Shown: positions 8,766 to 16,771 of the stretch, one piece after another | How positions within the stretch are numbered: position 1 is the stretch's first letter | How the letters are laid out: each line of letters opens with the position of its first letter | Assembly (NCBI GenBank): GCA_049314435.1 | Contig: JBMOFD010000013.1 | Location: forward strand, 1 to 30,786 | Source: Chlamydiia bacterium | GTDB lineage: Bacteria > Chlamydiota > Chlamydiia > Chlamydiales > JBMOFD01 | DNA: 30,786 bases | Direction of reading: 5' to 3' | The notes under the pieces: model-generated | Databases searched by the model: none | What the model was told of the DNA's origin: nothing | Seen by the model: the letters and a program-made list of their open reading frames with translations, nothing else | Made by a program: the position numbers and the translations under genes

Positions 8766-9965
8766 ATGCGCAGTTCAACAGCTACCGACTCTACCTCAGC
8801 CACTATGCCGCTTGGTAGCGTTCAGACTCAAACAACGGTGCCGACTCGCGGCCAGGCGATGCAGGCGCTTATTGCTGCGGCTGCGTTTGGAATTCTCTTG
8901 GTATGCGCATGTCCGGGATCACTGGCAGGCCTCATTTTAGCCGGTAAGGCGCTCGTTGCTTTGCGAGTGGTGTCGCTGGTGGGGTTGGTATTCTTCGCTC
9001 GACGTTTCTTTCAAATGCAGCAGGCCATGCGTCAGTTCTTTGCCCAACCAGCCCAGCCTCTGCCGGAAAATCCAAGCATCGACAACGCGTTGGACCGAGC
9101 CTCGCAACGATCCGCGTCGTCCTCGCTGTCCAGTGTTTCCCAGCGTCCGACTTCACCTCTTGCAGAGCCGTCTAGCACGGAAAGCACCAATCGCTCTCAA
9201 CGAGTGCACTTCCAGCTATCCCCTCCAGCCGCTATCCAGTCCGTCCAGCAGCCTTTAGCTTTGACCGAGGCAGCGAACAGCGCTGTACCTGATCTCCCGC
9301 CGTCCACAACGGCCCCTAATGCGAGTGATGCTTCTACGATATCCACCGACCCGCAAATGTCGAATGCGACCACATCGGGCGATAGACAGTCCCCATGCGC
9401 AGCGCCTCGTCACACCCGAGCACATCAAGAAAGACTCCACAGCCGAAGAACAAATGCCTCCAATCCGGTACCATATTTTCTCCATAGCGATCCAGCTCAT
9501 ACTCCATTGCAAAATGCGCTGTGCCAAGCTGACCTCACTATGGGACCATATCAGAACACTCGCGCCGTCCTGCTTAGCGCCTCGGTAGCCCCATCATCGA
9601 ATGACGTACTTCAACGCATTGTTTTGGATCATGCGCTGGCCACCGACTTGCACAACCAGGAAATGTCCTCTACTTGCTCCACATCCCATATTTTGCCACG
9701 AAGCGAAGCCATGGCTGGGCAATCTCATTGGGACAATCACCTAGACTCTACCGTAGGACGCGCCTACCTGCACGGCCAGCTCAATACGGTGGATCCCACC
9801 CGGAACCACGATGACAGCACAAGTTCGAGCGCGCGAGTTAGCTCTAGACCCGCCGATCTTGCCGCCAACACCATGGCCACAAGACTGACAACTAAAGCTG
9901 GCAAATTTGAGAAGAGTTCCAGATTGGCTGCGATTGCTGATAAGGCAAATCGGTTCAACCGCTAG
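8766..9965 (+). CDS. Hypothetical protein, Inc-like (long N-terminal hydrophobic domain, low-complexity S/T/P-rich tail)
   Basis: AGGAGG RBS just upstream; 399-aa ORF; about 45-aa hydrophobic segment at aa 34-78; preceded by an AT-rich intergenic region. Confidence 0.65.
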   Translation: MRSSTATDSTSATMPLGSVQTQTTVPTRGQAMQALIAAAAFGILLVCACPGSLAGLILAGKALVALRVVSLVGLVFFARRFFQMQQAMRQFFAQPAQPLPENPSIDNALDRASQRSASSSLSSVSQRPTSPLAEPSSTESTNRSQRVHFQLSPPAAIQSVQQPLALTEAANSAVPDLPPSTTAPNASDASTISTDPQMSNATTSGDRQSPCAAPRHTRAHQERLHSRRTNASNPVPYFLHSDPAHTPLQNALCQADLTMGPYQNTRAVLLSASVAPSSNDVLQRIVLDHALATDLHNQEMSSTCSTSHILPRSEAMAGQSHWDNHLDSTVGRAYLHGQLNTVDPTRNHDDSTSSSARVSSRPADLAANTMATRLTTKAGKFEKSSRLAAIADKANRFNR

Positions 9966-11275
9966 CTCAGCGAAATGTGTTGTACGCCGATAGGGTCTTC
10001 TCTCGGCCTCCCTTTTGTTCGTTGAGAGCGAGTCCACTCACCTAAGTAGGTGGGCAAATCGAGCAGCTTCCCTGGAATGCCCAATTCTTCTTGGGCCCTG
10101 CGAAGCGCCCTCTCTTCCCGCTCAAGGGTTTGCGGATCGGTGGCATCCCAGACCACTTGCAACAACTCCCATTGGCCGAGGCGGTCTTGCGTTACAAAGT
10201 CGACCTCATATCCCTCGGACGTGTGGTGATAGTAGACCTGTTTACCCTGGCGCCTAAGGTCCAGATACACCTGATTCTCAAACTGTTTCCCTAGACACTC
10301 AGACACACTGAACGTGTTCGCTCCCACCAGACCATTGTCGATGGCATAGATTTTTTTGGGGGTAGTCTGGGCCTGTCGGAGAGACTCCGTGAATATGGGC
10401 ACCGTAAAAACCAGGAAAGCGTCCTCCAGATAGGAGAGGTAGGTATAGAGCGTGTCTCTGCCCACGCTGTACCCCTGACTCTTGATATCCTTGCCAAATT
10501 TGCTAATGGAGAATGGTGCTCCACTGTTCTTGAGCAGCACCTTGATGAGGTATTTAAGTAGGGCCACATCTCTGACCTGATGTCTCTCTACGATGTCCCT
10601 GAAAATCACGGTCTCCACGTAGCCTTGAAGGACTTCTATCCTCTCCGTGGGGTCGATCGATTGGACCCCAGGGAATCCGCCGATATGGAAGTACTCCAAG
10701 AATTGGGCTCTCTGGAGGTCGAGTTGCCGCTGACCCAACGGACTTGATGGCAACTGGAGCTGATGGGCCTCGAGGTATTCGACATAGCTGTAGGGAAGCA
10801 TCTCCAAAGAGAGTGAGCGCCCCCTCAATGAGGTGGCGATCTCTTTGCTGAGAAGCTTGGCGGAGGAGCCCGTCACATAGATCTGTACCTTCTTGGTATC
10901 GATTAACCTGCGAAGGACCAGTGCCCACTCCTCCACATTCTGCACCTCATCCAGTAGGAGATAGCAGGTCTGGTCATGATGACCAGGATGGAGGCTGTAC
11001 CATCCATCGATCAGCTGGCCCATTCCCTTGTGATCAAGAGGAAGGATTCGATCGTCTTCAAAGTTGATATACAGAATGCGGTCTAGGGGGACCCCATCGC
11101 GCACGAGCTCTCTAGCCGTTTGAAGCAAGAAATAGGTCTTCCCCGATCGCCGCATTCCCACCACCACCTTGATCAGGTCGGTGTCAGGGAACCGCTCTCG
11201 CCGATGGACGCTATGGGCGGTAGCCTCAAGTCTAGCTCGAAATTCCTCCTCGAGCGTGGGGATAATTGGGGTCAT
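9962..11275 (-). CDS. AAA+ ATPase (AAA_14) with C-terminal DUF4143-type domain
   Basis: Walker A GMRRSGKT, YINFEDDR, Walker B LLLDEVQ, VTGSSAKLL, LRGR, GGFP, PKKIYAIDNG, FENQV and YEVDFV. Start placed at ATG 11275 because the ORF-track extension to 11326 runs through the palindrome array. Confidence 0.9.
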   Translation of the reverse strand: MTPIIPTLEEEFRARLEATAHSVHRRERFPDTDLIKVVVGMRRSGKTYFLLQTARELVRDGVPLDRILYINFEDDRILPLDHKGMGQLIDGWYSLHPGHHDQTCYLLLDEVQNVEEWALVLRRLIDTKKVQIYVTGSSAKLLSKEIATSLRGRSLSLEMLPYSYVEYLEAHQLQLPSSPLGQRQLDLQRAQFLEYFHIGGFPGVQSIDPTERIEVLQGYVETVIFRDIVERHQVRDVALLKYLIKVLLKNSGAPFSISKFGKDIKSQGYSVGRDTLYTYLSYLEDAFLVFTVPIFTESLRQAQTTPKKIYAIDNGLVGANTFSVSECLGKQFENQVYLDLRRQGKQVYYHHTSEGYEVDFVTQDRLGQWELLQVVWDATDPQTLEREERALRRAQEELGIPGKLLDLPTYLGEWTRSQRTKGRPREDPIGVQHISLS

Positions 11276-11287
11276 GGATACCGTTCC

Positions 11288-11373
11288 GTCCTTCCTTATA
11301 AGGACAAGAATGGATGTTTCTGTCATTTCATGGAAGGACGGAAACGATGATTTCTATCCTTTCATGAAAGGAC
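11288..11373. promoter_or_regulatory. Three 18-bp imperfect palindromes with exact 34-bp period (putative operator array)
   Basis: GTCCTTCCTTATAAGGAC (11288), GTCATTTCATGGAAGGAC (11322) and ATCCTTTCATGAAAGGAC (11356); palindromic consensus GTCCTTTCATGAAAGGAC. Confidence 0.7.
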
Positions 11374-11558
11374 AGCCCGTCATGGTTTTCACTGATTTTT
11401 TCGGAATCACAGCGTTTTTCAATGATTTCGCAGAAAAAACAACGATTTGAGAGAACGAGGGCTGAATTTCACTGTTTCTTTCGTCCTCCATCTCCGCCTC
11501 TCAGAAAGAGCCCTGAAAAAATATTTACCTTATGCTACACCGAAGTGGGAGGCTCTCG

Positions 11559-12017
11559 ATGGGCGCATTTTGGTTATCACTGGGTCGGGTGCTGATGGGC
11601 ATCCTCTTTCTCGTCTCTGGTATCGGTTGTATCATCAACTGGGACGGCGTACTGCAATATTTCCACACGATGGTTCGCTACTGGGAAACATTCTTCCAGC
11701 AACAGCATGGCATGACCGCCTTCCTCGGTGGGGTTCATGAAGCAGCCATGGCTCTGGTTGCTGTTGCGGTACTCCTCCAGCTCTCTGGCGGAGCCCTTCT
11801 CATCATCAGCTATCATGTGAAGCTCGGTGCGGGACTGCTGATTGCCTTTCTGCTGCCAGCCTCGGTGTTCTTCCAGCCCTTCTGGTTCTTTGCCGGACAG
11901 GATGGGCGCCTCCAGCAGATGATGTTCCTCAAGAACCTGGCGATCCTGGGTGGCTTACTCTACGTAGTGAGTCTAGGAAAAGGGATCGCTTCCAAGCCAA
12001 GCAAACCCTCCTCCTGA
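11559..12017 (+). CDS. DoxX family membrane protein
   Basis: LGRVLMGILFLVSG at the N-terminus, FLKNLAILGGLL at the C-terminus, four hydrophobic segments; GGGAGG RBS 6 nt before ATG 11559. Confidence 0.88.
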   Translation: MGAFWLSLGRVLMGILFLVSGIGCIINWDGVLQYFHTMVRYWETFFQQQHGMTAFLGGVHEAAMALVAVAVLLQLSGGALLIISYHVKLGAGLLIAFLLPASVFFQPFWFFAGQDGRLQQMMFLKNLAILGGLLYVVSLGKGIASKPSKPSS

Positions 12018-12033
12018 GCGGTCTGGTTCTTTT

Positions 12034-12056
12034 ACCGGGGGATTTCATCCCCCGGT
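12034..12056. repeat. Hairpin, partial copy (C) of the REP-like element
   Basis: ACCGGGGGAT-TTC-ATCCCCCGGT, a perfect 10-bp stem with the same GGATTTCATCC core as 998-1018; lies just downstream of doxX. Confidence 0.7.
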
Positions 12057-12074
12057 CCCTCTTTGTGTATAAGT

Positions 12075-12124
12075 GCTGAAGGTTGTAGTTGCACCAGGTG
12101 CAGGTCGATCGGCATTCTAGCTGG
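12075..12124 (+). repeat. 50-bp imperfect direct repeat, left copy (promoter-like)
   Basis: GCTGAAGGTTGTAGTTGCACCAGGTGCAGGTCGATCGGCATTCTAGCTGG; 42/50 identical and ungapped against 14346-14395. Confidence 0.85.
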
Positions 12125-12177
12125 CTCTATGGGAAAATGAAGGTCCGTTGTAGAGTCCTCTACAGGCTGAGGGCCTC

Positions 12178-13407
12178 ATGCCAACATTTAGACGCAAGCA
12201 ACGATCCCTCCGGGTATGCCTAGTAGGCCTAGTGCTATGCTGCCGCCTAGTTCCAGCCCAGTACTTTGTGGCAGGTTCGATGCTCGATTCCCCTCAGGGA
12301 ATGCGTTCAGTAGAGAGTTTGCAACCCGGAGACTTGGTCTACTGCCGCACCTTGACCGGTGTACAAGACGCTGTGCCCTTGCAATCCATACGAAGTGGCA
12401 TGCTGAATGGCTTCACGGAAATCTGGCTCGAGGGCGAGCCTCATTTTCTTGCGAGAGAACGTCAACTCTATAGTCTCTCTAGATGTAGTTTTGTGCGAAC
12501 TGATGAGCTTTGTACGGGAGAGCAGCTGGCCGCGGAAGATGGCCATACCATTTTGGTGGACGCCATTCTGGTCCATCGAGACCCCATAACTGTGTATCAG
12601 CCCGTTCTTTCACAACCCAAATGGCTGGCCACAGAGCCTCTGCGAAGAGTGCTGAGAGAACAGGATCGGCCCTCCAGAGCAATGGTGGACCCATCGACCT
12701 TTCTTCAACAGGGCCTTCAGGACGGGATACAACTACCCTGGCAACCGAGACTCGAGAGCAACGGACGCTTTGCGATCGTTCTTCCTCTACTGGTGTGGGG
12801 AGCAGCCGAGGGCGTCGCCTGGGTGTCGCTATGGACAATGGCGGGCGTTGTAGCCACAACACTAGCCTACGAGGCAACTCAAACGACTTTACAGTGCGCC
12901 ACAGATTGGTTGGATATTCGTGAGCAACGCGGCCAGCCCGATCCCGAGTGGATCGGGCTGGCCGGAGGCCTGGTAGGAGGTCTCTGTTATGGAGATGTCT
13001 TCTCCGAACAAAGAAGCCCGCCAAGCCGTGGGACCTATGATCCCCCCGTTATCTTTCAGCCACCGGCAAAGTCCGATGAACATCCGCATGGAAAGTCTGT
13101 TGACGCCGAGTACCATACTCATCCTCGGCCGGGAAAAAGCCCCGCCCCTAAGAACGGCCAGGAGGCTTTAGACAACTCCCAACCTACTTCAGGCAAACGT
13201 CGAGTGGGTATTTCCGACGGGGAATTTGTGGTGCAGTGCCCGACTTCGGCAGGAGAATGGCATCCTCATGTGCGCCCTTGGGATGGCCCTGTTGGAGAGC
13301 GTCTCACTGATGACATGCGGAAGGCTTTGCAAAATGCAGGCATGGCTGACAAGCGGGGCCGCCCACAACCCCCAGAAAAATGGCATCCACCGCTGAGCAT
13401 TTCATGA
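12178..13407 (+). CDS. Putative polymorphic toxin: signal peptide, degenerate Hint-like domain, hydrophobic segment, C-terminal toxin-like domain
   Basis: Basic/hydrophobic leader ending VPA; Hint block-A-like YFVAGSMLDSPQGMRSVESLQPGDLVY; later VRTDELCTGEQL and ITVY; hydrophobic FAIVLPLLVWGAAEGVAWVSLWTMAGVVA. The C-terminal YH..KSPAPKNGQEALDNS..RRVG..GEFVV..WHPHVRPW..LT..M..AL...G resembles toxin tips I recall from Rhs/CdiA-type proteins. Confidence 0.72.
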   Translation: MPTFRRKQRSLRVCLVGLVLCCRLVPAQYFVAGSMLDSPQGMRSVESLQPGDLVYCRTLTGVQDAVPLQSIRSGMLNGFTEIWLEGEPHFLARERQLYSLSRCSFVRTDELCTGEQLAAEDGHTILVDAILVHRDPITVYQPVLSQPKWLATEPLRRVLREQDRPSRAMVDPSTFLQQGLQDGIQLPWQPRLESNGRFAIVLPLLVWGAAEGVAWVSLWTMAGVVATTLAYEATQTTLQCATDWLDIREQRGQPDPEWIGLAGGLVGGLCYGDVFSEQRSPPSRGTYDPPVIFQPPAKSDEHPHGKSVDAEYHTHPRPGKSPAPKNGQEALDNSQPTSGKRRVGISDGEFVVQCPTSAGEWHPHVRPWDGPVGERLTDDMRKALQNAGMADKRGRPQPPEKWHPPLSIS

Positions 13408-14309
13408 CTATTCCCGCACCCTCTCTACGCCTAGAAATAGATCCGGAAAACTATATTGAAGTTCGAGTCATTGAAGGCGCCGACGCCATTCGACGATTTG
13501 ATTACTCGATGGTATGGGGCGTCACGCCACAGGGGTGTTTCATCCTCAAGCATGTGGAGGAGTTGGACTATATCCTCTACATGCTTGAGGAAAAGTTGAA
13601 TCTAGCTATTGAGGGGTTGCTAGAAATCGAGAGACCCTTGTCCGAGGACCTAGCCATACTCTGGGCACGATACTCTCTGCAACCGTCACATCCAGAGTCG
13701 GCATGTACGAAAGCCAAGAACCTTGGTGACGGCAAACTTGAGCCCCCACCGAGCGGCATCCTGCATGAGTTTTTTTCCTATCACCGTCTTTTTTCAAATT
13801 CACGAGACCTGCCAGAGGTCTGGATTTACACAAGAAAATCGAAGATTGTTATCGAAGGAGCCTCTGACTTCAGGTGGAATTTTGAGGACCCACCGGCTGC
13901 CTACCCATACGACACGAGCTTTGAATATTGGCTAAGAAACTACCACCCTCTTTTCAAGTTCGAACTCAGCCACGAGCGGGCGCGCCACTGGCTCCAGCAG
14001 ATTGCCGACCTGCGCGCTAGGTGCGCCCCCTATCCAAGCGAACAAAACTCCACTGAACCACCGCTTCCGACAGGCGAACGACGTCGGATCGGCATAGCAA
14101 ATGGGGAATTTGTCGTGTCCTGCGCAACATCAGATGGTGTGTGGCACCAATATGCCACCCCGTGGAATGGCCCTCATGGCGAATGCCTTACCAAGGACCT
14201 GCAGGCGGTGTTGCTAGATTCTGGGATGGTAGACAGGAAGGGGATCCCTCTGCCAAAGGAAGCCTGGCACCGGCCCAGCCACTTTCCTCCCAACAGCGTG
14301 TCCCTCTAA
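13404..14309 (+). CDS. Putative immunity protein with a C-terminal diverged copy of the upstream toxin tip
   Basis: ATGA overlap with the toxin stop (ATG 13404, TGA 13405-13407); acidic/aromatic N-terminal domain; the last ~80 aa align ungapped with the toxin C-terminus. Confidence 0.65.
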   Translation: MTIPAPSLRLEIDPENYIEVRVIEGADAIRRFDYSMVWGVTPQGCFILKHVEELDYILYMLEEKLNLAIEGLLEIERPLSEDLAILWARYSLQPSHPESACTKAKNLGDGKLEPPPSGILHEFFSYHRLFSNSRDLPEVWIYTRKSKIVIEGASDFRWNFEDPPAAYPYDTSFEYWLRNYHPLFKFELSHERARHWLQQIADLRARCAPYPSEQNSTEPPLPTGERRRIGIANGEFVVSCATSDGVWHQYATPWNGPHGECLTKDLQAVLLDSGMVDRKGIPLPKEAWHRPSHFPPNSVSL

Positions 14310-14345
14310 AAATCATGTCTCTTTGCACCGGCGCTGTGTGTCCAC

Positions 14346-14395
14346 GCTGAACGTTGTAGTTGCACAAGGCCTGGGTCGATCGGCATTCTACTTGG
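14346..14395 (+). repeat. 50-bp imperfect direct repeat, right copy (lnt upstream region)
   Basis: GCTGAACGTTGTAGTTGCACAAGGCCTGGGTCGATCGGCATTCTACTTGG, ending 2 nt before the probable lnt ATG at 14398. Confidence 0.85.
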
Positions 14396-14397
14396 TT

Positions 14398-15975
14398 ATG
14401 TCGACGATCCACTCTCCTCCATCTATACCTTGCGCCTCCCCGTCGGATACCGCGGGCCGTTGCGTGGCGAGCACAAGCGAGCTCCTTGATTGGGACACCC
14501 TACGATGGGGGCTCTCTGCGTTCTGCCTGGCTGTTGCCCATCCTGGCCCGCTGAGCTGGGCAGCTCCGTTCCTCGCTGTCATTGGCCTTCTCCTCTTCCT
14601 ACAATGGGAGCTTGATCGCCCACGAAGCGGCTTTTCCATCTGGCTCTGGGGCAGCTTGGTGGCCACTGGCCAACTTGGTTGGATGGCCTCGCCTCAATAC
14701 GTGGGGATCTGGTGTCTCTTTGCCGTGCCGATGCTCGCATCTGTCATCGGTCTGCAATGGTGGATCACCTTACGAATCTGGAAGAGAACAAGGCAGCCGC
14801 TCCTCTTTGCCACCTGCTGGGCCCTCATGGAGTGGTCAAGGACTTTCTGGTTTTCCGGCCTGCTGTTTGGGACCTGGTCCACCTGCCTCACCGACTACCC
14901 TTTCCTCATGATGCTTGCTAATTTGGGTGGTCACTGGACGATTACCTGGTGGCTTTGCGCCTGGGCAGCCTCTTGGGCCAAGCATGGCTGGCGCTCGCCG
15001 ATTATGTTGGCTCTGGGAGCGCTGCCGATCCTCTATGGACTATTATGGAGGCTATCCTCCCTCATAGGGGAACAGGTTCGGCCAACCAAACAGGTCAGCC
15101 TCATTCAGACAGGTCACTGGCCCGACCGCCGCCATGACGACCCCTCGACCTGCCTTGAGGAGATCTATGACCAACTCCAGCGTATTCCAACCTCGTCAGA
15201 TCTCATTGTCCTTCCAGAGAGTGCCGTCGTGTTTGGCCTGGATACTGTGCTGCAAGAGATACCTAGGATCACATTGCGCGACTTCTATTCTCACTTGGCT
15301 GTGACACGAGGAAGTGATCTCATCATTGGAGCTGATCAATCTACATCCCGCGGTTGGACGACCGGGGCCCTTTGGGCGTCTCCTAAGGGGACTACAGAAT
15401 ATTATGCTAAGCAACTGCTGATCACTGGTGCGGAGGAGGTGCCTGGCGAGTGGGCGCTGCCCTTCCTTAAGCCCTTTGGAATCCAGTCTAGCTGGCAACG
15501 AGGGCCATCTCCAGCCCTGTGGCGCGTGAGTGGATGGAACATTGCCCCGGGCATCTGCTACGAGGAATGCCATGCTGGTCTCTGTCGGACTCTCCACGCG
15601 CAGAGAGCTGATCTACTGCTGTTCCTGAATAATGACGGCTGGTACGACACCTCTTCGCTCACCTACCATCATGCCGCTCATGGACAGCTACGAGCTGTTG
15701 AGTTGGGATGCCCCGTCCTACAGGTGGGACACACCGGCATCACCGGAGGGTGGGATCGGCATGGCGTTTCATTAGGCAGCCTTCCTCTCTATGAAACAGG
15801 CATTCTCTCTCTTGAAGTACGGCCTGCCACATACACGACCCCGTGGAGCAAATGGGGATACGGCACCTGGAGTCTCTTCGGCATTGTGACTGTATTAGGA
15901 TGGCTCTCGCAACGACGAGCAGGAAGAGCCTCGCTAGATCCAGCTAGGAGGCTCGAACAGATCCCTAGTGGTTAA
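14398..15975 (+). CDS. lnt: Apolipoprotein N-acyltransferase
   Basis: Multi-TM N-terminus, [11 protein letters not shown], and the nitrilase triad E (VLPESAV), K (YAKQLL) and C (ICYEE); also NNDGWY, LRAVELG and TGITG. Start placed at ATG 14398 rather than TTG 14323. Confidence 0.92.
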   Translation: MSTIHSPPSIPCASPSDTAGRCVASTSELLDWDTLRWGLSAFCLAVAHPGPLSWAAPFLAVIGLLLFLQWELDRPRSGFSIWLWGSLVATGQLGWMASPQYVGIWCLFAVPMLASVIGLQWWITLRIWKRTRQPLLFATCWALMEWSRTFWFSGLLFGTWSTCLTDYPFLMMLANLGGHWTITWWLCAWAASWAKHGWRSPIMLALGALPILYGLLWRLSSLIGEQVRPTKQVSLIQTGHWPDRRHDDPSTCLEEIYDQLQRIPTSSDLIVLPESAVVFGLDTVLQEIPRITLRDFYSHLAVTRGSDLIIGADQSTSRGWTTGALWASPKGTTEYYAKQLLITGAEEVPGEWALPFLKPFGIQSSWQRGPSPALWRVSGWNIAPGICYEECHAGLCRTLHAQRADLLLFLNNDGWYDTSSLTYHHAAHGQLRAVELGCPVLQVGHTGITGGWDRHGVSLGSLPLYETGILSLEVRPATYTTPWSKWGYGTWSLFGIVTVLGWLSQRRAGRASLDPARRLEQIPSG

Positions 15976-16771
15976 CCTTCTGGATCATGATGTAGGCGCT
16001 GTGAGCTACACCGTCTCCGGAGAGAACATCGTCCACATCGGGCGCTACCATCAACTGGTCTCCAGCCGATAGGTGCATCAGCATCATACTGGGCACGCCT
16101 GAAGCGCCGATGCTCACCACCTGATCGAGCAGTCCTTCACGACCTGTCATCAGGCAGACATGAGCCCCGCCGGCGAATTGTGCTCGGTAGGCAATCTGAT
16201 AGATCCCATCAGCTGGCACTGTGAAGCGACCACCTACGGTAGGATCTCCATGTATAGCATAGACAATACCACTCTCCAGAGGAGCGTAGGGCGTAGCGGC
16301 ATCGAATTGGATCCCCTCAAGCGCCCGCATAGGTATGCTGTGACGATAGGTCTCAGAAAAGAAATAGATATTGTAGCTCGGTCCTGGCACACCCTGTAGT
16401 CCCATAGGGCCCATAGGCCCAGGAGCACCATCGAGACCAGCGGGACCCACGGGCCCCATCTCTCCTAATTCTCCCTGTGGACCGATAGGGCCCTGAGGTC
16501 CCGTGCTTCCTCTCGGCCCCACAGCGCCCTGAGGTCCCAGGGGACCTTGGCTGCCTCGAGGGCCTTCCGGCCCTTGCGGCCCTGGAGGTCCTGCTGGCCC
16601 TTTGGGTCCAACAGGACCTGTAGGACCTACAGACCCGCGTGTCGATGATGGCGCATCACCACGGGCCGCCAGACCTTCGCGGCTCTGTCCCAAAACGGCC
16701 AGGGAGAACATGAAGAGAAGGGGTGAAGCCTTGCTGTGTCGGAAGAACTGGATGGTGTGACGTAGCGGCAT
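15965..16771 (-). CDS. Collagen-like protein with C-terminal C1q/BclA-like domain
   Basis: 29 uninterrupted Gly-X-Y triplets, then [13 protein letters not shown] and LSAGDQL typical of C1q/TNF-like heads; possible signal sequence; AGGA before ATG 16771. Confidence 0.85.
   Translation of the reverse strand: MPLRHTIQFFRHSKASPLLFMFSLAVLGQSREGLAARGDAPSSTRGSVGPTGPVGPKGPAGPPGPQGPEGPRGSQGPLGPQGAVGPRGSTGPQGPIGPQGELGEMGPVGPAGLDGAPGPMGPMGLQGVPGPSYNIYFFSETYRHSIPMRALEGIQFDAATPYAPLESGIVYAIHGDPTVGGRFTVPADGIYQIAYRAQFAGGAHVCLMTGREGLLDQVVSIGASGVPSMMLMHLSAGDQLMVAPDVDDVLSGDGVAHSAYIMIQKVNH

Noticed and set aside
11281..11378. Regularly spaced palindromic repeats as a mini CRISPR array
   Set aside because: Only three degenerate 18-bp units with 16-nt gaps that are themselves partly similar, and no cas genes in the window. 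Fits operators better.
12262..12657. Active intein
   Set aside because: No N-terminal Cys/Ser, no TxxH, no terminal His-Asn followed by Cys/Ser/Thr, and it is not inserted in a conserved host protein.
12075..14395. IS element or prophage with att sites
   Set aside because: No transposase, integrase or phage genes and no terminal inverted repeats. Reported only as a repeat-flanked cassette.
14323..14397. N-terminal extension of lnt from TTG 14323
   Set aside because: It runs through the promoter-like direct repeat; ATG 14398 is the more plausible start.
16376..16636. 9-bp periodic DNA as a tandem repeat or VNTR
   Set aside because: Fully explained by Gly-X-Y coding, with varied codons rather than exact DNA repeats.
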